Assembly: GCA_050575255.1 (NCBI GenBank)
Contig: JBNZDD010013586.1
Location: forward strand, 65,512-129,511
Reading direction: 5' to 3'
Length of the DNA stretch: 64,000 bases
From: Harriotta raleighana
Lineage: Eukaryota
Shown: one piece after another, positions 24,133 to 38,117 of the stretch
Layout: the number at the start of each line of letters is the position of its first letter
Numbering within the stretch: the stretch's first letter is position 1
The notes under the pieces: model-generated
The model's database searches: none
Told to the model about the DNA's origin: nothing
What the model saw: only the letters and a program-made list of their open reading frames with translations
Position numbers and translations under genes: made by a program

Positions 24133-25710
24133 TCTTACAATTATTATTATAATGGCTGCTACACTGACAACAGGGAACAAGAAGAAAATCACATTTATAT
24201 GTCGCTTTTCATGTTGAAAGGATGTCCCAAGGTGCTGAACCTGTTATCAGATTATGTAAATGTTATATAAATGTTATGCAAATGTAAACTGTTCATTTTC
24301 CTGAATCGTGGTACAGGAATTATGTCATTGACTTTTTTTTTACTGGAAAATATCCCCTTAAATAAGTGGAACAGCATTTTTGTTTTGGAAAGATCAGAAC
24401 CCCACCATCAATATTAATGCTACAAATTCAGAAAGAAACTGAGATGTCCTGAGGGTCTTAACACAATATATCTCTGTCACCTGGCTATCGCCTCAGTGCA
24501 ACCTTTCATCAGCTGATTGAGACAATATCTCGAAGAGAGAGATAAGGCACAACAAATTGAGGCAGTAAGATAAATAATATGCACACAATTTCAACCAGGC
24601 AACAGGGTAACCACTAATAAAGGAAAATCAAAGCCAAAGTACAGTGAGAAATGAATACATTTCTGCGATTAGGAGATAAGGTTATATAAAACGTCAAATG
24701 GATTGGCTCCGAATCCATCGAACCCTCGCACTCAAGTTCATGCATACATTTGGTTGCGGCAGTAATTCTCTTTATGGTCTAGGCAGCTACTTCACATCAT
24801 TTCCTGGAATTGTCACTGATTTGATAATGTTAATGTACAGCCTCTGTGGAGCCAGAACAGGAATGGAGCAAATCAAATTACAGTTCTGTCAGAGTTCTTA
24901 CAAATGTTACGAGACAATCACAGTCCTGGCACAGAGAAACAAACACATCAGCTGAATCCTGTTATCCTATTACAAAGCGCTAAATCAAATGTAAGGATTG
25001 TTATCATATTATTATCGCAACAAGATCAAGAAAGCTCCTTGGCTTATTTGATTTAAATCTCCCCGAAACTTTCTTGACACTCAACCACAGCAAAGCAATG
25101 AACCTGGTTTGACTCCATAGTTGGCTCAACAAATCTCTCATTAATAATAATTAATCTCACAACAGATGAATTTTCCTTAGCGTTATTTGGTGTTCTTAAG
25201 TCCCCTATATATTTTCCGATGTGCTGTCCCTAATAACAATTAGCACTAGTTAGATTTTTCCCTGTTCCTTTACCAAATTGCCCAGTTTTTTTTTGCTTTA
25301 AATACATGTTTTTTTTGGAAAGATAGGGTTCGCAAATAGCAAGCATTCCTTGTGTCTGGATCAGTATAAAAGAAACAGAAGATTCCTTATCTGAAGCACA
25401 CCATGTTCTCAACTCTTCATGTGGCAAGGACTAAACTGGATGACAATGTGGAAATCATTCCCACTCCTGCCGATTCTCAACATAACACATCTATTCGGAA
25501 GGCAAAGAAAGAGCTAAAATACATAACACAACCACAGAGAAGGAATTCAATGGGAGATTGTTTTTTTTTCAAATTGTGGGTCGTTAGATTTTGGAATTAT
25601 TTGCCATAATAGGTTATCGAAGGTGAGAGCCATGAAAAGCAAACAGGTCAATTGGTTATAATAATATAATAATAGGCCTTGGCGTTTGGTATATATCACC
25701 TTACCACATT

Positions 25711-26050
25711 GGAGCTCCTGTGGCTCAGTGGTTAGAGCACTCGCCTTACTAAGCCTTACAAGCGTGAGATCTGTGTTCGAATCCAGGCAGATCAGGGCGT
25801 AAACCTTGGGCAAGTTTCCTTACTCCAGCCACACGCCTAATAATAATCCCTCCAAAAAAAAACACAATAATGAAATTGGTCATTTCAATCCACGATTGTT
25901 TGTGTGGGGGGACGCTGCTGTGCGCAATTGGCTGCCACGTTCTGCCCACAAAAATACAGTCAATTCACTTTACAGTATATTCTGTGAAGCGCTTTGGGAC
26001 GTTGATAAGATGTGAAAAGTGCTATATCAAATGCAAGGATGATTATTATT
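25711..26050 (+). mobile_element. Full-length tRNA-derived SINE
   Basis: Same structure as 39789-40116. Confidence 0.88.
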
Positions 26051-26067
26051 GTTGTTGTTGTTGTTGT

Positions 26068-26365
26068 TGTCAGGACATCTCAAAGTGCTTCACAGGATTT
26101 TACGATGAAGTGTAGTGACTGCATTTGTAGGTGAACACGGCAGCCAATGTAAGCACAACAAAGTCCCATAAATAGTCATGAAGTGAGTGACCAATTTTAT
26201 TTGGCGAAATTGTTGGCCAGGACACCAAGGGAAACTCCCTTCCCCTTTCTACTCGTGTCATGGAATCTGTAACGTCCAACTGAACAAGCAAATGGGGCCT
26301 CCTTAGACACAGTTTAAACAGAGGTCTGATAGCACAATACCAACTGCAAAAAATCTCTGAGCTGA
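26068..26365 (-). mobile_element. Old Deu-domain SINE, degraded
   Basis: Reverse complement contains TTCAGTTGGACGTTACAGATTCCATGACAC..AGAAAGGGGAAGGGAGTTTCCC..GTGTCCTGGCCAAC. Confidence 0.6.
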
Positions 26366-27744
26366 AGTTGATCAATCGCAGTATTTATAACCGTGGATGA
26401 ATAATTATGTACTTGCTAGCTGAAAATTGATGTGGAACTCTTAGGGTGTTAATTCTGAGAGTGGGATTCATGTCTAAATGTAATGCACACATCAGAATGA
26501 ATTCCCTACGAGTTCCACAACAATTTTCAGCAAGCAAGTAGCTGGAAGGTATTGCCATCTGCTGGGCAAACACACAAGTTATCTGCCTATGGACACACAC
26601 AGACACACACATATTAATTCACAAGCCCATAGCACCAAGGTGCCTTAATTCAACACTGAATTGGCAGGTTTACTTCAAGAGGCCATACTGGACCGGGAAT
26701 GTATCACTGTGTTTGTTTTGCAGCTGAGTTCAGGTACAGATAGTTCATTGTTTAACCCACAAATACACAGTCAATCAATTCACTTCACAGTATATTCTGG
26801 AAAGCACTTTGAGACGTCTGCCTGGAAGACGTCAAAAGTGCTATATCAAAATGCAAGGATTATTTTTTTAAATTATTATTATGATAATGCGTGAGGTGTT
26901 TTTAAACGTCTCTACTTCTGCCTACACTTTTTGCAGATGTGCTTGATTTGGCTTAAGTCAGCTCCACCATTCGTTTCCCTTCAAACATTGGGAACTATTC
27001 AGTAACCACCAACACAGGCGCATTTTGCCAGCTCTCCCAGTGGTCAGGAACTATCAAAGGAAACTGATAAAATGCGCAGAATGTGGCTTTGGCAAATCCT
27101 CTGTTGTGCAAGGCATTGGTTTTCTGTTTGAGTGCCTGTAACTCAATTTTACAAGACTGCTGCTCAAAGAAAAGAGAAGAAAAAAAGTGTTCCTCCGCAG
27201 CTTGAACAAAAACAAACTTGATCGGAGTGAGTTCCTAAAGGTTGTCTGCGAACATTGGCAGAGCGAGATAATCCCGAGACCTACAGATGGGTTTCAAGCA
27301 GTTCAGTTAAAAACGCCAACTAGGATCCACTTGTTTGGAAGTGATCATGTGAAAAGAGCTGCTCTGGATGTTCCTGTAGAGAAAGAAAGGATCTGTCAGG
27401 TGGAGGAAAGGAGATACATAACTGAATTTAGGACAAGGGTGCTACGGAAACCAGTCATGGACAGTTTGCACTTTGGCAGAACAACAGAAAGGCTTCTGAA
27501 TTGTATGTTTTTGCACTTTGTATCTGGTTGCTGAACCCTTCATAACTGGGTCTCCAAAGACAACTCCAAGAACACTTTCTCCTTGGTAGATCTTGGTAAC
27601 TAGCAACAGAGAAACTTAAGATGCCTTGTCCTACTTTGTAGCTGAGTGCAGTTCAGTTGGTGGCACTCTCTCACGTCCGAGTTAGANAGATCTTGGTAAC
27701 TAGCAACAGAGAAACTTAAGATGCCTTGTCCTACTTTAAGTATT

Positions 27745-28035
27745 GTAGCTGAGTGCAGTTCAGTTGGTGGCACTCTCTCACGTCCGAGTTAGAAGTGATG
27801 GGATAAAGCCTTTGCTGGCACTTCCAATGGAGTGCTGGATGGAGGCTGCATTACCAGAGGTACCTTCTCTCGGATGAGATGTTCAACTGACGTCTCATCT
27901 GTTGAGTCAAGTGCTCATTAAAGATGCTATGACACTGTTTGAAAACAGAAGGAAAATTCCCCTCGCGTCTTGGCCAACAGATAAAATTGACCATTCGTTT
28001 TATGGCTGTTTGTAAGATATTGCTGTGCACAAATC
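27745..28035 (+). mobile_element. Old Deu-domain SINE (SacSINE1-like)
   Basis: tRNA-like head, then GGAGTGCTG..CGGATGAGATGTT..AAAGATGCTATGACACT..TTGGCCAAC..GCTGTTTGT..TTGCTGTGCACAAAT. Confidence 0.65.
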
Positions 28036-31000
28036 AGTAAGACTTCTATCGATATATTTATATTACAGATAATATTATAGATTGGATTATGTAACTATAC
28101 TAATCAAAGATTACTTGTCTCTGAGTTACTATTAGTAACTCTCATTGCTACCTGGTACATTTTCTTCTTTATCCTCTTTTAAAAAAAAATACCTTTTCAG
28201 TTGCTAAGAACTAATTAGCCTTTTGAAGGGTAAAGTGATGACCTCAGAAATATAATAGTTTTTTTTCCCCCCCCCATCTGGAAAATGCTCTTCAGCTATC
28301 ACCTAAAAATGAACATTGCAAATGTAATTACAGTTGTCACAAACATGTTTGAGATCTCGCAGTGAGATGGAGCAGAAACAGAGGTTGGGTAATCGAAAGT
28401 GTATTATTATTCCTTCATGTCGGAAATTATTGGCTGTGCAGTTCAGGGAAAGAATCCACGCTATGTGTTAGAGACTTTATTTTGCTCTCAGTGAGATTCC
28501 TTGTGGTAGTAATCATCAGGAAGGGTTTATTTTCCAACTACAATCTAGTTAATCTATTAACCCACCAAATGACACTGTTTATTCATATACTGAACTCCAT
28601 TAAGATCTGCTGTGAAGAAGCCTGATGTTACTGCTAGTGCTTTTGGATCAGAGAAACAATAACAACAAAATTACGCTTGTGTAGGGCTTTCACGTCACGG
28701 GCAGACGTCCCAAGACTCTAGACAGTCAGTATTTCAGACCCAAGCTGGAGGATGGGATTGGGGAGGGTGGAGGGAAAGAGGGGTGGTGAGGGGGGTGAGA
28801 GGGGGTGGTGGTGGGAACGTCGAAGAGCTTCAAAAAGCTGCAAAATGTGTTCATCTGATGGCTTTGTTTCTTTTGTCCAACATCCAATATCAGAGTCACA
28901 CAGGAGCATTCAATAGCCCTTTTCTATGCTTAGCCTTTGATTATCCCATATATCTTTATTCGTCGTTTTTCCCCCCCCCTCCTTTATCCAGTCCTCAGTG
29001 CTATATTCCAGCATCATCCAAAGTGGAATGTTCATGTCTCCCATATTAACACATGGTTGGGATAAATATAGGGTTTGGATTGGCTCGCAAACCACCATTC
29101 ATTTTTGGCACAGACACTTGGATACCTTAACAGATTCCAACTAATTAAGGGATCAAACTTAAAAAGAACACAGCGATAAAAAGTCACATTCTGAGGACCT
29201 GTTCCAAATTCCTAACAGAATAAAACAAAGCGCCTTACAGTGAGCACAAAACGGACTCGAGCAAACGCTTTTCGTGTTGCCCTCCTTTGCCGTGAGGAGC
29301 AGAATCCTGTGGTTCACAACGGTTTTGTGGCTTCAGGAGATGAAATTCAAAGAGCAAATGCAAATATTACGCCTGCGATGAGGAACTAGGAGACAGTAAT
29401 CTCATCATCAATTCGCGCAGCGACTTGCTCTCTCAGATACAGTGCCGTAAAAGGCGCTTAAATAGATGCAATTTGTTGTTGTTGTTGTTACTTAGACATG
29501 TTCTTCCTCTTTTGAGGGATTCTCTGGTTGTTACACCTCCCTCCCACCCACCGATAATCCTCAGCACGGCTGTGTACAATGCGCATGGCTTCTGTACTAA
29601 AGGGACTTGAAACAATATACATTTTTGAAAACTTTAGCAAGTGTCTGCAAAAGATTGTAAAAAGCCCACGTCTGGGTAACTTGATATATTGCTGTTCTCT
29701 GACTTTCAATAACCTCGGCAACATGCATGCGTCTAATTGGAAAAGCATCTTTGAGTGTTTTTCCAGTGTTATGCAAAGAGGAATTTATTGCAACTAGGCC
29801 AATGCACATCAGCGTTTCAGCAGACTGCCCTCATATTTCACTTCTGGAAATAAATATTTGAAGACTGACCACAAAAGTGGGAGGTTTTAGGTGGTGACCT
29901 AAACTGAGCTAGCAAAATGGCACTCACACTTTCATAAACACGATTAAACTACGTGCATTGCTGTTGGTTGTGAAGCCACTTTACGTAACTGTATTTGACA
30001 GGAATGTTGTGCCTCCTTGATAAAATTCATGGAATGTAGGTATAATTTTGCTCCTCTTCAACGTGGTTTAGCTTGTTATTGATTTTGAGCTCCTTGGGTC
30101 AACGGCCTGCACATATGACACAGCATCTGGAGGGCAGCTGTTTGAATACTGCGTTCATTCACTACAAAAAAATATATATAAATAGCATTATGCACGACGC
30201 CTTTGATATATTCTACCAACAGAAAGTATTGCAAGAGACGTAAAGCATATACCCAGGTAGCAATCACCTCTCGGCAATTCAATTTTTAAAAAATTCACTA
30301 CCATCGTCGTTTTCCATTGCCAGATAGAAAATACTAGCCCAAGGACTGGGAAGAATAGGTTGTGCTCCCACCCTAGCAATATTGCTCCAATTATTTTATC
30401 TAGTGGTAGAAAATGTATACATATTGCTTGGATTGAATAAAGCAAATAATAATCTGTAGCTCAGTGCTTAGACCACTCGTTTTACAAGCCCGTAACTTGG
30501 GTTCATTTCCAGGCAGGGCAAAACGTTGGGCAAGTTTTCTTACTCCTCGCACCTGATAATAATCCCTCAAGAAAACATTATAATAAATTGGTAATTTTTA
30601 AATCTTGTGTGGGGACACTGCTGTGTGTAATTGGCTGCCGCGTTTCACCCACAAATATACAGTCAATTCTCTTCGCTGCCAGTTAACGCTGTACCGCAAA
30701 CATCAAAGATATCTTGCCTGATAAAAAGAACATTGGAAAGCCTCTCTCGAAATATGAGCAAACATGACACTTGAGTGGAAACATCGTCCACAGTCATTTG
30801 GTGGATTTCCTGAGGGTTACGGATTACGTGGGTTCAAAGAGAGAAGATTAATGGCAGATTTTGCTCAGCAACGTTTCCACAAAACTTTAGGCATCATCCA
30901 TTCACAGTGCAATATCACTGATTAATATCAATTGTATACTTTCTTGCACTATTTTAATTGCCGAGATTTTTTTTTAATTGAAATTTATGTCCATCTTGTT

Positions 31001-31559
31001 ATTTTGAAAGATGCAGAATGTACATTATCCTGTCCAGAAATCAGATTGAATCACGTGTACAGCAATTCATTACTGGACTATTAACACGAGAATAGTGAAT
31101 TGAGTTTGGAGCTTTTAAAAATAGCTAAAAGGCTCTGCAAAATGATTTCCCATAATATTTCTGCAGCTAAAAATAATAAGTCTGGGTTCAAGAATAGCAA
31201 CACAATACTCATTAGAACATGTCATTCGTTCAAGCAATGCATCCAACCTAACTGGGCGGGCAACCACTCTTGCATCTGAATCAGAAGTTTGTGAGTTCAA
31301 GGTGAAAATTTGAGGTTACAGCCTAGATCTGAGAAGCTGGACTGACGCTCCAGGGCAGTGATGGGATGTGCTGCATTGTGAAAAGTGCTGCCCTTCGGAT
31401 GAGACATTAAACAGTTTTGACTCATGTTTTGTTTCATTATATGAGCTGCAGGAATACATACTGTGGTTATTGATCTATTGTGCAGTTGTTTGCAATCAAG
31501 CAGCTCGATTTTGAAAGGCGATGAATATGTGGCAGGGATTACTCCAGGAAACATAAAAA

Positions 31560-31893
31560 TAAAAATAATAATAATCCTTGCATTTTGATGTAGCACTTTT
31601 CACGTCTTCTGGACGGTCACAAAACGCTTCATAGAATGTACTGTAAGGTGAATTGACTGTACATTTGTGGGTGAAACGCAGCAGCCAATTGCACACAGCA
31701 GTGTCCCACAAACAGTCGTGGATTGAAATGACCAATTTTTTTTATGATTGTGTTCGTTTTTTGGAGGGATTATTGTTCGGCATGTGGAGCAAGGAAACTT
31801 GCCCATGGTTTCGCCCTGATCTGGCTGGATTTGAGCACAAGTCTCACACTTGGAAGGCGAGTGCTCTAACACCAAACTGAGCTACAGGAGCTC
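31560..31893 (-). mobile_element. Full-length tRNA-derived SINE
   Basis: Reverse complement begins GGAGCTCCTGTAGCTCAG and ends ATCAAAATGCAAGGATTATTATT. Confidence 0.88.
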
Positions 31894-33279
31894 CACATAA
31901 CATAAGGGTAGTCTTGAAAGTAAATATATGTTCCACGCAATATAATCAGAGGGCTAAAATGTAACTCGAGTGATAATAACTGCATGATAGGAAAATATGC
32001 ACACATGTGTCTGAGATTTCAAAGTGGAATGAATTCACGGGCGCCTCACCCCATTGAATGTGTGGAATGTTCTGTCAATTTATATTGAGAACATTTTTGG
32101 CATTGCGTTTTGTTATGCTGGGATAGAGAGGTTGGTCAGATGAAAAGGAATGAGTCTTACAGAAGCGGTAACACTGCCTTTTGGCTGAGATGCCTCAGTA
32201 ACTCTGTGCTCAAAGCTTCAAACTTGGGTCTCAGAGCATCATTTGAATTTTCTCTCGCCAACCTCTCCTCCCCCTCCCCCCACAACAATTTTGACCAAAG
32301 CCAAACACCATTTGAGTGTGTCATCTCAGGAATGAACTACATTTTTCTCTAGAGAGAGAGAGCAAGAGAGAGGAAAACACAGAAACCAAACAGATGAAAA
32401 CATTCTGATTGGGGTCGATTCTGATTTGCGTAAAACAGTTCAAATTGGAATTCAAACGAGCAATTGTATATTTGTACCTAGTAAAGGATCATTTTGACTT
32501 GTCAATTTAAGGTTGAAAGTTATTGATGCAAGTTTCAAATGCAGGCACAAAAATTCTCAGTGTTTGGGTTCCAATAAACTTAATGAAAGGGGCTTGGCCT
32601 CCAGGTAAAACTGTCTGGCAATTAGTTTGGGATGTCTTCACAAACATCAACTCAATAAAGACACTGAAATACAAACGAAAATTGCATTTTGTTTTTCTTC
32701 CCTGAAACAAATGAGCTTTGCACAAGTTCCAACCTCCTCTCTCCCCTCAATAGTGGGTTAACCCCTCAAATAGAGTTTCATTAGAAAAAATAAAACCACC
32801 CAATTGAAGCATTCTTATTCTACAACATTTTTTATTAAATGTCAGTGCTTTCGTTCACACTTCTGACTCACTGATAAGCCAAACTTTGTCAGATACTGTA
32901 GTAAAGTGACTCAAATAAGTAAATCCTGGCTGCAAAGCTGTCAGACTGAAATATTTCACACAATGAGTGTTAAGTCTATTTATTTATTTACTGTTAGCTC
33001 TAATGCAAGTGTAATTGACGTAAATGCATTTCTTCCCCCCCCCCCTCCCTCCCACCAACTGCTGAGTATCACAAGAGCTGCATTTATATAAGATCCACCA
33101 CACAAGAGGTGTGAAGAGACTAAAGAAAGGCAACTTTCTCTTGGGTTTGTTTCACTCTGATCCAACAACAAATTGGCATAAGTCAAAAAATGTCAGATAG
33201 CATCCGGATTCAGAACATGCTTGGCTGTACTCCAGCCCTTGCCTCTCTCTCTCTCTCTGTCTGTGTCTGTGTATGTGTG

Positions 33280-33312
33280 TGATTAACGTCACAACCTTCC
33301 ACTATAAATACC
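33280..33312 (+). promoter_or_regulatory. CCN5 core promoter: TATA box (TATAAATA, about 33303-33310) with a CRE-like TAACGTCA just upstream
   Basis: Motifs lie about 75-100 bp upstream of the ATG at 33384. Confidence 0.55.
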
Positions 33313-33383
33313 CTCCACATTGTAACAGCCTTTTTGGGGGGGGGAACCTGCAAAACTTTACAACACTTTGCGCTGGGAATATC

Positions 33384-36300
33384 ATGAAACTCTTCGAGTT
33401 TGAAAGCTTTCAGTCGTTTGCTGTGCTCTGCCTGGCTTGTCAGGTGAGAAATAAGTGTTTCTCCCTGTTTTTTTATCATGTGATTAAGCTTATTATGAAC
33501 TCCATTAATAACCAACTAACTACTAACTAGTTACAAGTGTTAATATAGTGATTAAAATCCAATTAACAGGTGCAGGATACAGAGGGATGGGTGGGGAAGG
33601 TTCTCAGGGTGAATAATTGCTCGTTGTGACTTTGCTGCAAATGTCTGATCACTGGTTTGGAAACATCTCCCAAGTGATTCACAGATTTTGTTGGGGGTGG
33701 GGGGGGGGGGGGGGGGNNNNNNNNNNNNNNNNNNNNNNNNNNNNNNNNNNNNCGGGAGAGAGATAGAGAAAGAGATAGAGAAAGAGAGAGTGCAGGCAGA
33801 GGGGGAGAGAGAGAGAGAGAGAGATAGATAGAGAAATATCCTAGAATAGAAAGTGCCTACACTCTGTTCAATAAATCTTGTGCTGGAGTCCAATAATGAC
33901 TCGTTTATCCAAGGCATGATATTAGATTTCATTCCATTCACTGGGAGTTGATCCCAATGGAGAATGTGTTGTTAATCTTATTGCATCTGAATGGCAGCTA
34001 GTTTGAGGCAGGAAACCAAACTCAAATTCTCTCGCTATTTCCCATCTGGAAACCTTTTGCAACTTTCGTTTAGATCTGCCTCAGTTTATTGAATCCATTC
34101 ACTTGAACAGCAACGTTGTGATAAGTTTGGGTGAATGACTGTGTAACTCTGTGTGTGTGTGTGTGTGTGAGTAGCTGTGTGTGTGGTTATATATGTGTGT
34201 GCTTTTGTATGTGTGTGTGTCTGTGTGGGTGGTTGTATATGTGTGTGTGCTTGTGTGTCTATGTGAGTAGTTGTATGTGTGTGTGCGTGTGTGTACTTGT
34301 ATGTCTGAGTGGTTGTATGTGTGTGTGTGTGCTTGTATGTGTGTGTACTTGTGTGTGTCTATTGAAGTGGTTGTACTTGTGTGTGTGTGTGCTTGTATGT
34401 GTGTGGTGTTTGTGTGTGTCTATGTGTGCTTGTATGTATGTATGTATGGCATCTATGTATGTATGTATGTGTGTGTATGTATCTGTCTGTGTGATTGTAT
34501 GTATGTGTGTGTGTGTAATTGGTGTGTGTGGTTGTGAAGTTGCCTATCTCTGCCACAGCTTCTCTGTGAGTGTGTGATTAATCCCCGCATCAGTTGTCTC
34601 TGGTGATGGGAAGATGCTGTCACCGACTGTCGTGACTGTCTGACTGTCTGTGGCAGGTGGGTGCTCAGCTCTGCCTGTACCCATGTCGCTGCCCTCGGTT
34701 CCTGCCTCGCTGTGCCCGTGGTGTGCCCATGTTGGCGGATGCCTGTGGCTGCTGCAGGTTCTGCGCTAAACAGCGAGGAGAACAGTGCACGTCGCTGCAC
34801 ATGTGTGATCCAAGCCAGGAGCTGTTCTGTGATTACAGCACCAGTTACTTGGGGACAACGGGGATATGCACACGTAAGTTTCCATCTTAAAACGTGTGTG
34901 TGTGTGTGTGTGCATGTGTGTGTGTGTGTTTATGTCTGTCAGTGTGCTTATGTATGTGTGTATGTCTGCATGTATGTACGTGCATATGTGTGTGTATGCA
35001 TTTTTGTATGTATGTGGATATGTATGTATTCATGTGTGTGTGTGCGTATGTATGTGTGTATGTATATATGTATGTACATATGTGTGTGTGTATCTTTGTA
35101 TGTAGGTGTATATGTATCTTTGTATGTGTCGTGAAAGGCTCTATACAAGTATAATTTTGTTGTTGTTGTTGCATGAATATGTACTAATAATACTTTGAAC
35201 TGCATGAGAGAAAAATATGTGATACGATACAGTATATAATAATGTGGTACGTGATACAAAATGGCTTCCTGTGACTACAAAACCTGATTTCTTTCATTTG
35301 ATGGAAACAAAGAAGTAGACTTGGGTGATAAGTTGCTTTGTGTGCGAAATGCATTAAAAACGTGAACCTGTTCAACTTGTGCACAGCACTGGACGCTGGA
35401 ACGTGTGAAATGAATGGGGTGATCTACAAGGATGGTGATGTCTTTCAGCCCAACTGTAAGTACCACTGTTGGTGCTCTGACGGAGGAATTGGCTGCATTC
35501 CACGCTGCAGTGAAGATATCCGCTTGCCCAGTGCCAACTGTCCTCATCCTAAACGGGTTGAGGTCCCGGGGAAGTGCTGTCCCGAATGGATTTGCGAGAG
35601 GCAAAGCAACAGCATCATTGGCAATGCTCTGGCAGGTAATGATTTGGAGTTACCCCGTACTCCCCATCACAACTGGAAGCAAAACTCAGCGCTCAACGCA
35701 CACTAAAGCTCTTCAATAACATTTAGTAACTCCTACTGCTCGGGTACAGTCTCATGAGTGTGAGCCATCCCAGTGAGATTTGCTGGAGAATATTCATCCA
35801 TTGGAGAGACACACGCACACACATATATATATATTGTCACTAGAACACTTCCAACACAGGCCACTGGCTGGCAGTCAGGAGCGGGAAGTTTAGCAGGTTT
35901 TTAGGAAACTCTCTCTCTCTCTCCAGAGCCTAGGGATTTTGAGGACCCCTGTCGCAATCTCACTAACCATCGCAATTGAGATGAAATAAATTCATCCCAG
36001 ATGAGAGACCAATCCGAGATCATTTACTACAGAGGGATCTCAAATGGACTGCAATCACCGTGGAACCAATTTTAAATTGCATTAAATTATGGCTGCAGAT
36101 CAGAAGACAATGATATATTTTTGATTTAAATGATTATAGGATTATTATTATAGGATCTTTCATGTTGGGAAAACGTCCCAAGGCTCTAATATTTATTCGT
36201 GTTTAATAAACAATTTGATTTATATAATTCCCTTGAACTAGACACAAGAATATGCTAGGGTTTTATGGTACTTATAATAGTCCAGATATGCCAAAAATGA

Positions 36301-38117
36301 GAGTTTGAGAATCAATGTTGAGATAAAACAACTGAAACTGCTGTGCGCAATTGGCTGCTGCGTTTCGCCCACAATATATACAGTCAATTCACTTTACAGC
36401 ATACTCTGTGAAGCACTCTGAGACGTCCCGAAGACGTGACAAGGCGCTGTATCAACTGGGAAGTATGATTGTTAGTATTATTATTGCGGCTTGTTTCCCT
36501 TTCCCCCCCCCCTCCCACCAGCGTTCAGATCGGAAGATTTCTATGGAAGAGGTCCACCCACTCTCACGTATGACTGCATTGAGCACAGCAGCAAATGGAG
36601 CGCGTGTTCGAGGAGCTGTGGGCTGGGGGTGTCCACCCGGGTTTCCAACGTGAACAACCGTTGTGTATTGGAAACACAAAGCCAACTTTGTATAGAGAGA
36701 CCCTGCCACCAGGAACCCTTCCATCAGACCTCAACGGTGTGCATACCAAAGCCTTTTTTTTTGTTTTTGTTTAACCAACTAATATATTTTTAGTGATAGA
36801 TATATTACTGCCGACAAAGAAACAGTTTGGAATAAGGCTAACTCCACTCACGTGAGGGTAAGTGTGTCAGTGACCCGAGGTCACAGATTTAAAATAGTTT
36901 CTAAACCAAGCTGAGGGGAGGTGAGGAGAAATTAATTTCACGCTCAGCGAGTTGTTCGAATCTGGAATGCGTTGCCTGAAAAGGTGGTGGAGGCCGATTC
37001 GATAACAACTTCTAAAAGCGAGGTAGACGTTTATTTGGGGAGGACGGGTTTACGGGGTTATGGGGAGAGAGAGAGAGAGAGAGACAGAGAGAGAGAGAGA
37101 GACAGAGAGCTGGGGAGTGGGATTGAGTTGCTATTTTCAAAGAGCCGGCACAGACTCGATGGGCCGAATGGCCTCCTTTTGTGCTGTAAGGTTCTATGAT
37201 TCTATGAAGGATTAGAGATTGTGGAAGGATTTAGAGGTTTTCAACGCGGTACATCACGCCCATCAGAGTATAGATTAAGAATCGGCCTGCATGGCATGCG
37301 GGAAATACGATTAAGGGATTTAGCTGAACCTATAAATTTTCTGAATGATTCCCAAGTAGTTTATGTAGCTATCAGAGCCCAGCCTGCAACTCTAACCTGT
37401 AGCTCAGTGGTTAGAGCACTCGCCTTGCAAGTGAGAGACCTGGGTTCGATTCCAGGCAGCTCAGGGCAAAACCTTAGGCAAATTTCCTTAATCCACGCGC
37501 CTGATAATAATCCTCCTAAGAAAAACAATAATAATTTGGTCACTCAATCCACGACTGTTTGTGGGGACTCTGCTGTGCGCAATTGGCTGCCATGTTTTAC
37601 CCACAAGTATACAGTCAATTCACTTTACAGTGTGTTCTATGAAGCGCTTTGAGACGTTTAGAAGACGTGAAAAGCGCAAAATCAAATGCAAGGATTACTA
37701 TGACTGATTAATATATAAATCCAAGTTGTTTTTGTTGTGTTTATATAGCACCCCTCACACATGGTGGTTGTTGTTGTTGTTGCTGTTGTTGTTGCTGCTG
37801 TGCAGCGAACCACTGTATTCTGATGCCACCTATACCGTACATCTTTTCAGGGGAGGGCGGCTTGTGAACCCACGGTGAAGGCCCGCAAACCGATTCAGTT
37901 CGAGTACAGGGACTGCGTCAGTGTGAAACGCTTCACCCCCACTTACTGTGGCTCGTGCTCCGACAGCCGCTGTTGCACTCCCCACCGGACCAGGACGCAG
38001 CTGCTGGACTTCAAGTGCAAACGTGGCGGGGTTGTGAAACAGCGCGTGATGTTCATCATCACCTGTGCCTGTCATCAGAACTGCCCAACTGTCTCCAGGG
38101 AAACGCCCGCAGTCTAG
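33384..38117 (+). CDS. CCN5: CCN family member 5 (WISP2), four-module form, 335 aa (exons 33384-33443, 34657-34873, 35387-35635, 36522-36736, 37851-38117)
   Basis: 60-nt signal exon [20 protein letters not shown]; IGFBP exon [13 protein letters not shown]...[17 protein letters not shown]; VWC exon [22 protein letters not shown]...[10 protein letters not shown]; TSP1 exon [18 protein letters not shown]; CT exon [23 protein letters not shown]...[10 protein letters not shown]. The QLC start of exon 2 and linkage to ADA/PKIG point to CCN5 rather than another CCN. Confidence 0.9.
34135..35130. repeat. Long degenerate (TG)n/(TATG)n tracts flanking CCN5 exon 2 (about 34135-34535 and 34893-35130)
   Basis: Directly visible; these are the source of the CVCV/THTH ORFs in the track. 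Confidence 0.9.
36870..37206 (+). mobile_element. CR1 LINE 3' fragment in CCN5 intron 4
   Basis: [28 protein letters not shown]; tail GGGCCGAATGGCCTCCT..TTCTATGATTCTATG. Confidence 0.85.
37396..37700 (+). mobile_element. Full-length tRNA-derived SINE in CCN5 intron 4
   Basis: A/B boxes, family body and tail. Confidence 0.88.

Noticed and set aside
34131-35259. Multiple 65-157 aa ORFs rich in CVCV or THTH
   Set aside because: Translations of TG microsatellites.
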